Notes under the pieces: model-generated
Database searches by the model: none
What the model was told of the DNA's origin: nothing
What the model saw: the letters and a program-made list of their open reading frames with translations, nothing else
Translations under genes and position numbers: made by a program
In this document: one piece after another, positions 27,473 to 38,165 of the stretch
Position numbering within the stretch: position 1 is the first letter of the stretch
How the letters are laid out: each line of letters begins with the position of its first letter
Source of the DNA: Blastocatellia bacterium
GTDB lineage: Bacteria; Acidobacteriota; Blastocatellia; RBC074
Direction of reading: 5' to 3'
DNA: 64,000 nt
NCBI GenBank assembly: GCA_043783625.1
Contig: JAYVZE010000190.1
Span: 31,551-95,550, forward strand

Positions 27473-30400
27473 ATGAATAAAAAATTCTATTCTATTTTCT
27501 TTGCTTTGTTGCTGGTAACTTGCTCAGCACTCAGCAGTTTTGCGCAGTCCACAACTGCAAATATTTCCGGTCAGGTGATGGATGAACAACAAAAAGTCAT
27601 CCCCAACGCGACCGTCAAGGCGCGTGAAATTGCCACGAATACTTCCCGTACGATCACCAGTGACGGCGAAGGGCGTTTCCGCTTCCCTAACCTCAGCATT
27701 GGCAGCTATGAGCTGACTGTTGAGGCTTCAGGATTTGCCAAACTCATTCGCTCTGGCATCACATTGCTGGTTAATCAGGACGCCGTGATTGATGTCACAT
27801 TGAAAGTTTCCACTGTGAACGAAGTCATCACGATTTCGGAAAACGCTTCGATTTTGAATACGACAAATTCCGAAGTGAGCACGCGCTTCGATGAAAAACG
27901 ACTGTCAGAACTTCCGATTTCTACGAATCGAAATGTTTTCAACGTAGTGCTTTCGGCTCCCGGTGTCAGCCAGCTTGGCAGCGGACAAACTGGCTTTGCC
28001 GCCGGAGTAAATTTTTCTTCTAACGGTGGACGCGTTCGTTCTAACAATTTCATCATTGACGGGCAGGACAGCAATGATCCCAGCGTTTCTGGTGGGCAAC
28101 AAGCGCTTAATAATCCTGACTTAGTACAGGAGTTACGTTTGATTACGAATCAGTTTGCGCCGGAATACGGGCGCAATTCCGGTTCAGTTGTCAGCGTCGT
28201 AACCAAAGCCGGAACCAATCAATATCACGGTTCGGCATTCTGGTTTCACAATGACAACCATCAAAATTCCTGCTCGAATACGGACAAAGCCGGTAAGCCG
28301 GGCGGATATTGCAATCCAGCCGCGACAAGAGAAGTATTAAAAGGTTCACCCTTCCGCCTTGAAAATCAAATCGGTGGATCATTCGGCGGACCGTTGATTT
28401 TGCCGCGTTTCGGTGAGGGCGGAAAATCAATTTACAACGGCAAAGATCGCACCTGGTTTTTTGCTTCCGTACAAAAATGGACGGATCGCCAGCTCGGTTC
28501 CGGTTCCACCCTGAATGGTGCGCCAACCGAAGCCGGACGACAGATTTTACAGGCCGCCGCAGGTACCCGCCCACAGGTTGCAGCGTTGCTCAAATTCCTT
28601 CCGGCAGCGCAAACCCCGATCAATAAAAATGCAGTCTTCACCATTGGGACGCAAACCTATACAGTTCCGTTAGGCTCACTGACAGGTTCAACTTCGTTCA
28701 AGTACGACGATTGGCAATGGTCAACGCGCGTGGATCATCAGTTGAATGAAAATAATCGCTTCCACGCTCGTTATTTGTATGACAGCAGCGTCACCAGTGG
28801 TTCCGGTCAAGCGACCCCGTTTGGACTAACGACCAAATCGCCTGCGCGGACACAATCACTCCTCTTGAATTTGAATAGTGTAATCTCGCAACGACTGGTC
28901 AACGAAGTCCGCTTGTCCTATCAACGATTCGGATCAGTCACCACTGCTTCGGATGCCACTTCGCAGGAAATTCCTTCCATCGAAATTTCCGAACTCGGCT
29001 TGACCGGATTCAATGCCGCAGCCAGCCGTACCGCGATTGGCTTGGCGGTCAACCTCCCGCAATTCCGTTACAACAACACGTATCAATTGCAAGACACGAT
29101 TTCTTATTCCAACGGAAATCATTCGATGAAGTTCGGCGCGGACATTCAACGACGCGATGTGAAAAGCTTCTTCCTGCCAACGATTCGCGGGCGTCTGGCC
29201 TATTCAACTTTGCAACGTTACGTCAATGACGTAGCCGATACCGCCACCATTAACAAAGCGTTGCCAGGTGGTTCGGAATTGCAGTATTACAAATTCAGCG
29301 ATCTTTATTTCTTCGCCCAGGACGAATGGAAAATTCGCCCGAGGTTTTCCATCACGTATGGATTACGTTACGAATTGCCGAATAACTCGGTTGCCAATCT
29401 GGTTCCTTTCAACGACAAAATCCTTGCGGCAGCAGGTGGGAATCCGGCATATAAATTCACGCCCGTTCCGAAGAGTGACAGAAATAACCTGCAACCACGC
29501 ATCGGATTCAACTGGAAAATTAATGGACTTGGATTCCTTTCAGGTCAGGATAAAACAGTTCTGCGCGGTGGATATGCCCGCACCAACGATTCATCTTTTA
29601 TCAATTTAAATTTGAACGTTGCCAGCGCGTTCCCTTTTGTGGGAGCGATTACCCTGCCGGGAACGACGCAAGCAGATAACACAAACGGTGTCAGCAGTGC
29701 GTACACCAGACTGGCGGCAGCCACGATTTCAGGCGACCCGAATCAATTCACGCGAACGATTGTCGGCAGCGATTTCAAAGCTCCGAACTACGATCAATTC
29801 AGCCTTGAGCTGTCGCGTGAATTGAGCAAAGACCTCTCGATCAAAGCTGGATATGTCGGCACGCGTGGAACTGCTCTGTTCCAAACGTTGGACGGAAATC
29901 CACGTAAAATCGGATGTTCACCAACCGCGACGGATAACTGTCGCGTAGACCCGACCCGTGGCGTCATTCGCCTTCGTGCCAACTCTGCTTCATCAACGTA
30001 TCACTCGCTGCAAGTGAGTATGGACAAACGCTTGAGCAAAGGCTTCACGGCGGGCGTTCATTACACCTGGAGTTCGTTTATTGATACGGCTTCAGAAGTC
30101 TTCAATCCTTCTAGCGGTGAAGTCGCCGTTTCGCAGGACTCATTCAATATCCGCAATGATCGTGGACGTTCCGCGTATGATCGCCCGCATCGTTTCACCG
30201 GAAACGTCGTGTACGAATTGCCAATTATGCGTGAGCAAAAAGGCGCACTCGGACGCGTCATCGGTGGCTGGCAGATTAATTCGTTCTTCACCTTGCAAAG
30301 CGGTGCGCCGTTCACACCGTTGAATGGTTCTGATCCGGCTGGTGCGTTGAGTGGGATTGACGGATTAGTCGGTAACGCGATTCGACCAAACCTGAACACA

Positions 30401-30733
30401 ACCATTGATGTTTCTTCAATGAATGTTATTGATTTGTTGGCGGCAGGAGGGCGTTCACTGTTCACGACGATTACTGCCGCGCAACGAACAGGCAATGCCG
30501 GACGTAACATTTTGCGGGCTGACGGCATCGGCGATGTCGGGTTCGGACTTTTGAAGCATATCCGCGTTAGTGAAGGCAATCAATTGCAGTTCCGTGCAGA
30601 TATGTTCAATGCCACCAATACACGTAATTTCGGGATTCCCGAAGGGCGCGTGAACTCCGCTAACTTCCTCAATCAATGGGGAACGGACGGAGGCAAACGC
30701 CGCATTATTTTGGGGTTACGATATACGTTCTAA
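27473..30733 (+). CDS. CarboxypepD_reg-domain TonB-dependent-receptor-like outer-membrane protein (paralog of 8115-11444)
   Basis: ATG 27473 is preceded by GGAGG and gives the signal peptide MNKKFYSIFFALLLVTCSALSSFAQ. The architecture matches the first OMP, and the product ends ..LGLRYTF. Confidence 0.85.
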   Translation: MNKKFYSIFFALLLVTCSALSSFAQSTTANISGQVMDEQQKVIPNATVKAREIATNTSRTITSDGEGRFRFPNLSIGSYELTVEASGFAKLIRSGITLLVNQDAVIDVTLKVSTVNEVITISENASILNTTNSEVSTRFDEKRLSELPISTNRNVFNVVLSAPGVSQLGSGQTGFAAGVNFSSNGGRVRSNNFIIDGQDSNDPSVSGGQQALNNPDLVQELRLITNQFAPEYGRNSGSVVSVVTKAGTNQYHGSAFWFHNDNHQNSCSNTDKAGKPGGYCNPAATREVLKGSPFRLENQIGGSFGGPLILPRFGEGGKSIYNGKDRTWFFASVQKWTDRQLGSGSTLNGAPTEAGRQILQAAAGTRPQVAALLKFLPAAQTPINKNAVFTIGTQTYTVPLGSLTGSTSFKYDDWQWSTRVDHQLNENNRFHARYLYDSSVTSGSGQATPFGLTTKSPARTQSLLLNLNSVISQRLVNEVRLSYQRFGSVTTASDATSQEIPSIEISELGLTGFNAAASRTAIGLAVNLPQFRYNNTYQLQDTISYSNGNHSMKFGADIQRRDVKSFFLPTIRGRLAYSTLQRYVNDVADTATINKALPGGSELQYYKFSDLYFFAQDEWKIRPRFSITYGLRYELPNNSVANLVPFNDKILAAAGGNPAYKFTPVPKSDRNNLQPRIGFNWKINGLGFLSGQDKTVLRGGYARTNDSSFINLNLNVASAFPFVGAITLPGTTQADNTNGVSSAYTRLAAATISGDPNQFTRTIVGSDFKAPNYDQFSLELSRELSKDLSIKAGYVGTRGTALFQTLDGNPRKIGCSPTATDNCRVDPTRGVIRLRANSASSTYHSLQVSMDKRLSKGFTAGVHYTWSSFIDTASEVFNPSSGEVAVSQDSFNIRNDRGRSAYDRPHRFTGNVVYELPIMREQKGALGRVIGGWQINSFFTLQSGAPFTPLNGSDPAGALSGIDGLVGNAIRPNLNTTIDVSSMNVIDLLAAGGRSLFTTITAAQRTGNAGRNILRADGIGDVGFGLLKHIRVSEGNQLQFRADMFNATNTRNFGIPEGRVNSANFLNQWGTDGGKRRIILGLRYTF

Positions 30734-30740
30734 CGAGTAA

Positions 30741-30790
30741 TGCAGAAGCCCGCACGAAGTAGGCGCCCTTACTGCGTGCGGGCTTCTGCA
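30741..30790. repeat. palindromic repeat family 1, copy 2 (short loop)
   Basis: TGCAGAAGCCCGCACGAAGTAGG..CCCTTACTGCGTGCGGGCTTCTGCA. Confidence 0.8.
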
Positions 30791-30801
30791 ACCTGATTCA
30801 G

Positions 30802-30837
30802 AAAAAAGGCGAGAGTCATTGGCTCTCGCCTTTTTTT
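30802..30837 (+). terminator. rho-independent terminator, potentially bidirectional
   Basis: An A6 tract, then the GGCGAGAG / CTCTCGCC stem, followed by T7 (30831-30837). Confidence 0.7.
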
Positions 30838-30856
30838 CTGTTTGAATATAGTCCGC

Positions 30857-31720
30857 ATGGCTAACACGATTCCAACTCCGCCCAGAAAATATAAAACCGT
30901 CATCGTCGAAGTGTGGGATGAATGCTTTAAAGACGATGTGTTTGGGCATTCAGCGCAGCTTGCGTATTATTTTTTGTTTGCGCTTTTTCCGATGCTGATT
31001 TTTTTGACGGCACTGGTTGGCTACTTGCCCGTCCCGCATTCATTGGAAAGTTTAATTGATTATTTGTCAGAAGTTCTCCCTCCAGCGGCAACCGTATTAC
31101 TCAGGACAACCGTCAAAGAAATCACTTCCAAGCCGCGCGGCGGATTATTAAGTTTTGGTTTGGCAGCGACCATCTGGGCGGCTTCTTCAGGGATTCATGC
31201 GTTGAATAATTCCTTGAATGTTGCCTACGGAGTCAAAGCGACACGACCGTGGTGGCGCGAAAGAATTCTCGCGCTTTCGCTGACGTTCGGGATTTCGATG
31301 TTTGTCATCTGCTCGCTCGGATTAATCTTTATCAGTGATTCAACGGGGACGCGGCTCGCCAATTATTTCAAATTCAGTCAGGGGCTTCGTTCATTTTTTT
31401 CATTGCTGCATTTTCCGTTTCTGATTGTCTCGGTCTGGTTTGGATTGGAAACGATTTATTTCATTGCTCCGAACCTGAAACGGAAGTGGAAATGGTTCAC
31501 GCCAGGCGCAATTTTTGCCCTCGTGACGTGGCTGCTGATTTCGTTTTTATTTAAATATTACGTGGTTAGAATTTCCAATTACACACTGACCTACGGCTCA
31601 CTGGGAAGCGTGATTGTGCTGATGTTATGGTTGTATTTTACAAGTATGGCGATTCTGGTTGGCGGAGAAATTAACGGCGTCGTCGAGCAACGAAGCAGAG
31701 AAAAATCTAACGCAAGATAA
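30857..31720 (+). CDS. YihY/BrkB family membrane protein
   Basis: The motif HSAQLAYYFLFALFPMLIF and the six-helix pattern are typical of the YihY family. ATG 30857 is preferred over the tracked start at 30842. Confidence 0.8.
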   Translation: MANTIPTPPRKYKTVIVEVWDECFKDDVFGHSAQLAYYFLFALFPMLIFLTALVGYLPVPHSLESLIDYLSEVLPPAATVLLRTTVKEITSKPRGGLLSFGLAATIWAASSGIHALNNSLNVAYGVKATRPWWRERILALSLTFGISMFVICSLGLIFISDSTGTRLANYFKFSQGLRSFFSLLHFPFLIVSVWFGLETIYFIAPNLKRKWKWFTPGAIFALVTWLLISFLFKYYVVRISNYTLTYGSLGSVIVLMLWLYFTSMAILVGGEINGVVEQRSREKSNAR

Positions 31721-31759
31721 GGTAAAGATTTGTACCAAGGAGCAATGCCATCTCTGACT

Positions 31760-31907
31760 GGAACGCAAGCGTCTCGCTTGCCGTTTGCCAGCGGAGCGAC
31801 GCAAACGCAGTGGCGAGCGAGTTAGCTGTCAATCACGCGACCTTCTCGCTACGAGTACGCGAGCGGCGTTTCACGCGCTCGCGGGGCAAGCGAGACGCTC
31901 GCGCTCC
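31760..31907. repeat. ~150-bp multi-hairpin repeat family 3, copy B (inverted relative to copy A)
   Basis: Outer arms are GGAACGCAAGCGTCTCGCTTGCC and GGCAAGCGAGACGCTCGCGCTCC. The internal GCGAGCGGCGTTTCACGCGCTCGCG is the exact reverse complement of a 25-mer in 35895-36040. Confidence 0.8.
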
Positions 31908-31931
31908 AGTCGTGCATCAATCGTCGCTTTA

Positions 31932-33092
31932 TTATTTTGCAAAATAATCTCGCATTATAATTACACCTTCACGAAATGCTTCTGGCTTCACAATTAAACT
32001 CACCACCAAAAATCCTTCGCTCTCAAAATCAAAAAAATACCCCGGATGAACCAAAACATTTTGAGTTTCCAGAAGCTTCAGAATAATTTCTTCTTCGGAT
32101 TCAATTCTTGGAATTTCAATGACGGCGCACCATCCGCCTTCAGCTTGTAAAACCCGGCAATTCGATTCAGAAAACGTTTCCTGCAAGTACTGTAAATTTT
32201 CTTCAACCCGTAATTTGATCGGCTCCTGAATTGCTGTTCGTGACGCCAACCACGCCGGAGCTGCAACCTGGACGGGCGTATTCACCGAAAGATATGTATC
32301 CGCAATCAACTCTAATTTTGCCTGTGCTTCTGTTTGTAAATGGTTCGCGCCAAAGACCGCAATCCAGCCTAATTTCATCTGCGGCAGTGCCAACATTTTC
32401 GACAATCCGTTCATCACAAATGTCAGTGCCGGAGCTTCAGCGAAATTCAAATTTGGCGGCTGATTATTTTGCAATGAATAATCAAAAAATACTTCATCAG
32501 CCATGATCGCAATGTCTCTCGCTGCGCAGATTGATTGCAATTTTTTCCACTCATCCACTTTCAAATACGACCCCGTAGGATTATTTGGATTGACGACAAC
32601 GACGGCTCGCGTCTTCGGGGTAATGGAATCTTCGAGGCTTTCAAAATCTAATTTCCAACCATAAGAATGCGCGTAATCCAATTGATACGGCTTCATTTCT
32701 ACGCCTTCCATCATCGCTAAAAATTCAAACAAAGGATAGCTCGGTTGCGGAATCAGGACTTCGTCATTTTGGTCGCAGAGCAATTTGAACAGCCACGAAT
32801 AGGCTTCGCTGGTGGAGGCGGTGAGAAAAATTTGTGCAGGAGAAATTTGCTGCGTGCGAGCCTCAAGATAGTACTGCGCAACAGCTTCGCGGGTACGCGG
32901 AAGTCCACGCGGATCAGCTTTGTAAATCAGGGATTCGTGATTGACTTCAAATGGCAGAGCAAGAGTAAATCCGGCGTTAGTGGGATTCGTTTCTGTCAGA
33001 TCAATCAGCGGAACGCATGCACGCTTTTTTTGTTCAATTAATTTCGTGAGCTGATTAGTTTCCAGCGTCCATTTGAAACGGGATGAGAACAT
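31932..33092 (-). CDS. class I/II PLP-dependent aminotransferase
   Basis: 386 aa. Motifs: PNNPTG, the SKMLALPQMKLGW Lys motif, and the general AlaA-like layout. Confidence 0.85.
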   Translation of the reverse strand: MFSSRFKWTLETNQLTKLIEQKKRACVPLIDLTETNPTNAGFTLALPFEVNHESLIYKADPRGLPRTREAVAQYYLEARTQQISPAQIFLTASTSEAYSWLFKLLCDQNDEVLIPQPSYPLFEFLAMMEGVEMKPYQLDYAHSYGWKLDFESLEDSITPKTRAVVVVNPNNPTGSYLKVDEWKKLQSICAARDIAIMADEVFFDYSLQNNQPPNLNFAEAPALTFVMNGLSKMLALPQMKLGWIAVFGANHLQTEAQAKLELIADTYLSVNTPVQVAAPAWLASRTAIQEPIKLRVEENLQYLQETFSESNCRVLQAEGGWCAVIEIPRIESEEEIILKLLETQNVLVHPGYFFDFESEGFLVVSLIVKPEAFREGVIIMRDYFAK

Positions 33093-33102
33093 AAGGAATC
33101 AG

Positions 33103-33230
33103 AGTAGACGGAAGACAGTAGGCGGTAGGCGAAAACAAGGTTGCAGTAAGCCTATGAATTTTTTGCTTATGCGAGCAGGCATCACCTCAGCTATTGATGT
33201 AGAACTACCGTCTACTGTCTTCCGTCTACT
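33103..33230. repeat. 26-bp inverted repeats flanking a 76-bp spacer
   Basis: AGTAGACGGAAGACAGTAGGCGGTAG (33103-33128) versus CTACCGTCTACTGTCTTCCGTCTACT (33205-33230), with one mismatch. Confidence 0.7.
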
Positions 33231-33246
33231 TCCTACTTTCACATTC

Positions 33247-35037
33247 TCACACTTTCAGTACCGCCAAAAATGCTTCCTGCGGGATTTCAACTTTACCAAC
33301 GCGCTTCATTCTCTTCTTGCCTTCTTTTTGCTTCTCCAACAATTTTCGTTTCCGCGAAATGTCTCCGCCGTAACATTTTGCCAGCACATTTTTCCCCATC
33401 GCTTTGATGGTTTCACGCGCAATCACGTGATTGCCGATAGCCGCTTGAATAGGCACTTCAAACATCTGTCGCGGGATCAACGTGCGCATTTTTTCGACTA
33501 ACGCACGACCTTTCGCGTAGGCAAAATCTTTGTGGACGATCAAGGACAAAGCGTCTACGGATTCGCCCGCGACGAGCACATCCAGCTTCACTAAACTCGC
33601 TTCACTGTATCCTTCCAAATGATAATCGAGCGAGGCATAGCCTTTCGAAATGGACTTCAAGCGATCATAAAAATCCATGACGATTTCGTTGAGCGGGACG
33701 TTGTACGTCAACAACAAACGCGTCGGCGTAATATACTCAAAGCCTTTTTGGATGCCGCGTTTTTCATCCAGCAACGTCAGAATATTTCCGACGAATTCTT
33801 CACTCGTCATAATCATCGCTTTGATGATCGGCTCTTCAATTTTTGAAATAGAGCCGGGATCAGGCAATTTCGAGGGATTGTCAATTTCGATGACCTCGCC
33901 TTTCGTCGTCGTCACGCGGTAACGAACGCTGGGAGCCGTGGTAATCAGCTCAATATTAAATTCACGCTCCAACCGTTCCTGCACAATTTCCATGTGCAAC
34001 AACCCTAAAAATCCGCAGCGAAACCCAAAGCCGAGCGCGAGCGAAACTTCCGGTTCATAAAAAAACGACGAATCATTCAAGCGAAGCTTGGCGAGTGCAT
34101 CGCGTAATTCTTCATACGCGTGAGAATCGGTTGGATAGAGTCCCGCAAACACCATCGGCTTAATTTCCTGAAAGCCTGGAAACGGCTCCGCCGTCGGACG
34201 CGAAGCTTCTGTCACGGTATCGCCAATGCTGACATCCGCGACGGTTTTAATATTCGCCACAAAAAATCCGACTTCGCCAGCGACTAATTTATCAATCGGA
34301 CGCGGCTTAGGCGTTAGTACTCCGATGTCATCTATGTTGTGTTCGGTTCCCTGTTCCCACAAACGAATGCGCATCCCGCGCTTCAGTTCACCGTCAATCA
34401 TTCGCACCATCACGATGACGCCGCGATAGGAATCAAACCACGAATCAAAGATCAACGCTTTCAGTGGATAGTCAGGCATTCCTGCCGGTTCAGGAACATC
34501 GCGCACAATGGCCTCGAGAATGTCATCAATACCGATTCCATTTTTCGCGGAAGCCAGCACTGCGTTATGCGTATTCAGTCCGACGAGCGATTCGATTTGC
34601 TCCATCACGCGTTCAGGTTCCGCACCGGGCAAATCAATTTTGTTAATGACAGGAATAATTTCGAGATTGTTATCAATCGCCAAATAGGTATTGGCGAGGG
34701 TTTGCGCTTCAACTCCCTGCGAAGCGTCTACGACCAGCAATGCGCCTTCACAAGCGGAAAGCGAACGCGAAACTTCATACGAAAAATCTACGTGACCGGG
34801 CGTATCAATCAAATTTAAAACGTAGTCCTGACCATCTTTCGCTTTGTAATTCAAGCGTACGGCGTGGGCTTTGATGGTAATGCCGCGTTCACGTTCGAGA
34901 TCCATCGCGTCCAAAACCTGTTCCGACATTTCACGGGATTCGAGCGCACCCGTAGCTTCGAGCAACCGATCCGACAGAGTAGTTTTCCCGTGGTCAATGT
35001 GGGCGATGATTGAAAAATTACGAATAAAATTAGGCAT
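33247..35037 (-). CDS. lepA: elongation factor 4 (LepA)
   Basis: [30 protein letters not shown] and NKIDL, plus the LepA-specific C-terminus ..[22 protein letters not shown]. Confidence 0.95.
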   Translation of the reverse strand: MPNFIRNFSIIAHIDHGKTTLSDRLLEATGALESREMSEQVLDAMDLERERGITIKAHAVRLNYKAKDGQDYVLNLIDTPGHVDFSYEVSRSLSACEGALLVVDASQGVEAQTLANTYLAIDNNLEIIPVINKIDLPGAEPERVMEQIESLVGLNTHNAVLASAKNGIGIDDILEAIVRDVPEPAGMPDYPLKALIFDSWFDSYRGVIVMVRMIDGELKRGMRIRLWEQGTEHNIDDIGVLTPKPRPIDKLVAGEVGFFVANIKTVADVSIGDTVTEASRPTAEPFPGFQEIKPMVFAGLYPTDSHAYEELRDALAKLRLNDSSFFYEPEVSLALGFGFRCGFLGLLHMEIVQERLEREFNIELITTAPSVRYRVTTTKGEVIEIDNPSKLPDPGSISKIEEPIIKAMIMTSEEFVGNILTLLDEKRGIQKGFEYITPTRLLLTYNVPLNEIVMDFYDRLKSISKGYASLDYHLEGYSEASLVKLDVLVAGESVDALSLIVHKDFAYAKGRALVEKMRTLIPRQMFEVPIQAAIGNHVIARETIKAMGKNVLAKCYGGDISRKRKLLEKQKEGKKRMKRVGKVEIPQEAFLAVLKV

Positions 35038-35137
35038 AAAACAAATTCACACAGTCAGCTTTGGAGCGAGAATAGTAAACCGATAGGATACTCTTTACAG
35101 GCGGGATTTTCAATCATGGACTTTGAGGTGTAAGAGT

Positions 35138-35860
35138 TTAGCGCAGAGCCTGATAAACCGTGATGGCTTCGGCAATAGCCAAACCAATTTCGGAATAACT
35201 ATCCGCATTTGGATGATACCCGTCGGCAGAAAACTTTTCCGGCTGCGGATTGAAAGCTAACGGGACGTGAATCACGCCGTTCATCCGCTGAATAATCTGA
35301 CGCGCCACGACATCGAAAGTTTCGCCGCGCATCCCGAAAGCAAGCTGCAAAATTTTCGGCAGCAATGGAAATCGTCCGAACGGCGGAACACCTACCATGA
35401 CAATCGTAGCTCGTGGAGAATGCGCACGCAGGCTCATGAATAAATTTGTTAAGTGAGCAGCCCAACGCCCCGTACGGCTGAGCGAAGTCACGTCATTGAC
35501 ACCAACAGAAACGACAAAAACATCAACTTGATTTTTGCTGAGAAGCGGAACCATCTCCTTCAAAACACTGAAAGAAGTCGCGCCAATTTTCCCGACTGTT
35601 TGCCACGAAATTTCCGCCTCCAAAATTCGCGCCAAATGTTTTGCCGTCGCGCCAGCCAGCGCATTGTCGGCACGTCCTGCGCCAACTCCGGCAACAATCG
35701 AATCACCAATTCCAACCAGAGAAATTCTTTTCCCTTTTCCGACCAAACCAAAAGTGTCACCAGTTGCCGCACCGAAGCGAGGAGCCGTTCGCTTGAGAAT
35801 AAGCCCTTGCGGAATGCCAAGCGGCAGAAGGCTCCAGAATAAAATTCTTTTTATCATCAA
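35138..35860 (-). CDS. SGNH/GDSL-family hydrolase
   Basis: The GIGDSIVAGVG block (GDS), the GVND block and a C-terminal D..H (DGYHPN). Confidence 0.8.
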   Translation of the reverse strand: MMIKRILFWSLLPLGIPQGLILKRTAPRFGAATGDTFGLVGKGKRISLVGIGDSIVAGVGAGRADNALAGATAKHLARILEAEISWQTVGKIGATSFSVLKEMVPLLSKNQVDVFVVSVGVNDVTSLSRTGRWAAHLTNLFMSLRAHSPRATIVMVGVPPFGRFPLLPKILQLAFGMRGETFDVVARQIIQRMNGVIHVPLAFNPQPEKFSADGYHPNADSYSEIGLAIAEAITVYQALR

Positions 35861-35894
35861 TCCTCAATTCAGGCATTGGAGCGCAAACACGATT

Positions 35895-36040
35895 GGAGCG
35901 CAAGCATCTTGCTTGCACCGCGAGCGCGTGAAACGCCGCTCGCTGACGTGGCGAGATGTTCACTTTTACTTTAGTTTATTAGCTCGCCACGATGTTTGCA
36001 TCGCTGCGCTCGCAAACAGCAAGCAAGATGCTTGCGCACC
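35895..36040. repeat. ~150-bp multi-hairpin repeat family 3, copy A
   Basis: Outer arms are GGAGCGCAAGCATCTTGCTTGC and GCAAGCAAGATGCTTGCGCACC. Inner hairpins are GCGAGCG..CGCTCGC, GTGGCGAG..CTCGCCAC and TGTTTGC..GCAAACA. Confidence 0.8.
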
Positions 36041-36042
36041 AA

Positions 36043-38133
36043 TTATTTCAGCTCCCAGCGTTCGCCGAAAAACCCGGCATTCACAACTTTGCCAACCTTA
36101 TAAACAGTCGGCGGAGTCGTGATGTCAATAATCGCCCAATCCGGCAATTTTGATGTTTGTTTGGCGTTAGACAAGATGTCAGCTTCGCGGAAGGTGAAAC
36201 CGGAATTGAGGACGATGTAGCGATTGGGATTGAGCGGATTTGGATAAATTAAAATTGGAATGTGCTGCGAAGAAGAATAATTTTGTTTACCAACTTGAAT
36301 ATTATTTGCGTTCCATTTGATCGGTAATTTATCAGCAATTTTTACAAGAATCTTATTACTCGAAGCATCTCCCCATAAAATTAAATTGCTGTTGGCAATA
36401 TCTTCCGCCGTGATTTCATCATCATTTTTGACAATCGCTTCACCTCGAAATTGCGCTCGCCATTGTTGGATGGCGCGATTTAATGCTGTGTCAACCCACG
36501 CGGCGATTGCTTCGCTGGAGGCCTTGCCTGTAGGTCGAACGAAGATGAAGCGTTCCATGAATGCGTCGTCAATTGGACCTTGTAAGCGATTTCTTTTTTG
36601 TGAATTTTGCGCAAACCAAGGAGAAATCAAAACTGAGGACTGAGTAAGCTTCTCGTTTGTTGGCAACTGAATACGTTCGGGTTCTCCAAGATACGAGCCA
36701 GCTATGCCTTGATTAAAGGGCACAATAGACCAATTTGCTTTCGTCTTTCTAAATTGAGTAATCCACGAGCGATCTGAGTTTACAGTTTCACTCTCAATTT
36801 TTTGACCATCAATTATTACAGTTGGCTTTGAAGCTGAATTCAATGGACACAACCCCGAAGTCATTTCTAACGTAAACGCCGAAACATTTTTTGTTGACAC
36901 ATTCACAGTCGTTGCATCTTTAATTTCAGCATCAACTATCGCCTTCTCCCAATGCTGTTCCAACCCATCCACCGTCACCCAAAACATTTTGTTATAGCGC
37001 AAGGTATACGTCGTAAATTTCACGTGCATCGGTACGGGGTTACGACCTTTTGATACAATAGAATCAATACGTTTGTTGATTTCGGGAATTGAATCGGGAT
37101 GATATTTATGCTCCGTTTTCGGCCCGATGATATGCGTTAGTTCGATGCCTTCTTTTTTCATCTCCCGCGCCATCACATCCGCCGCTTGTTTTTGCTTATC
37201 AATTTCTCCGCTGTAGGCGACTACCGGAAGATTGAAAAAATTTCCGGCATAGCCTGCCGCCTCAGTCAACCGCCACAATTTTTGTTCATACCACGGAATA
37301 TCATTCACCTTTAAATTCAAATATTCCGGTGCTTCGACAAAGCCCGCGCCCGGAGCCGCCGCTGCCCACAGTCCTGCGTGATGCGCTGCAAAATGCCACG
37401 TAGCCGCACCGCCCATCGAAAATCCACGAACAGAAATTCTGTTCTCATCTATCTGGTAATGTTGGCGAATATTTTCCAGAGCTTCAAAAGTATCCACTTC
37501 ACCCGCGAATTTATTCGCGTTGCAATACCGTCCGTACGGATGAAGTACGAACGTATTCGGCGGCGTAAATTGTCCGGCATTTTTTTGACGATCATTCAGA
37601 AAATTAATTTCCGTCATGGTCTCACTGCGTCCGCGATACCAGATGTCAAGGCGGTACTGAAACGGAAGATTCGGCTGAAATGTCGGAGGTATAACTAAGC
37701 CGTACGGCTGCACCGAGCCATCAATTTTCGAGACGTAGCCGCGCACCACCAAGCCTGTTTGATTCGTCCACGAAGGCTTTCCGGCGCGTAATTCTTTGGC
37801 TCTTTCGATTCCCTTCCTGAGCTGCGTCTGCGCTATTGGAATTTCCTTGAGGTTTAAAATTTCGTTGTATTTCAACGCATAATGCACGGCATTGAAAAAT
37901 ATTTGGACATCGGGCAACAGCTCCAATAATTTCGGTTTGTCTTTTAATTCAATTTTTAGCGCATCAATTTCTTTGCCAAGAGCGGCTATGCCGGACTCTA
38001 GTTCTGTGCGATCAGCCGCAGGAATTTCAACACCAAGTGGAGGAATCGGGCGCATGACTTGTGACGGCAATTGTGCGTGTGCAAGAGTCAAAAAGACAAA
38101 GAAAAATAATATTGCAGATAACCGTTGTGACAT
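36043..38133 (-). CDS. secreted alpha/beta-hydrolase (prolyl-oligopeptidase/esterase-type serine hydrolase)
   Basis: Signal peptide, a nucleophile elbow GFSMGG, and a large C-terminal extension of unknown fold. Confidence 0.7.
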   Translation of the reverse strand: MSQRLSAILFFFVFLTLAHAQLPSQVMRPIPPLGVEIPAADRTELESGIAALGKEIDALKIELKDKPKLLELLPDVQIFFNAVHYALKYNEILNLKEIPIAQTQLRKGIERAKELRAGKPSWTNQTGLVVRGYVSKIDGSVQPYGLVIPPTFQPNLPFQYRLDIWYRGRSETMTEINFLNDRQKNAGQFTPPNTFVLHPYGRYCNANKFAGEVDTFEALENIRQHYQIDENRISVRGFSMGGAATWHFAAHHAGLWAAAAPGAGFVEAPEYLNLKVNDIPWYEQKLWRLTEAAGYAGNFFNLPVVAYSGEIDKQKQAADVMAREMKKEGIELTHIIGPKTEHKYHPDSIPEINKRIDSIVSKGRNPVPMHVKFTTYTLRYNKMFWVTVDGLEQHWEKAIVDAEIKDATTVNVSTKNVSAFTLEMTSGLCPLNSASKPTVIIDGQKIESETVNSDRSWITQFRKTKANWSIVPFNQGIAGSYLGEPERIQLPTNEKLTQSSVLISPWFAQNSQKRNRLQGPIDDAFMERFIFVRPTGKASSEAIAAWVDTALNRAIQQWRAQFRGEAIVKNDDEITAEDIANSNLILWGDASSNKILVKIADKLPIKWNANNIQVGKQNYSSSQHIPILIYPNPLNPNRYIVLNSGFTFREADILSNAKQTSKLPDWAIIDITTPPTVYKVGKVVNAGFFGERWELK

Positions 38134-38165
38134 TTTTTCTCCTAAAAATTGGAACTGAGACCAAG

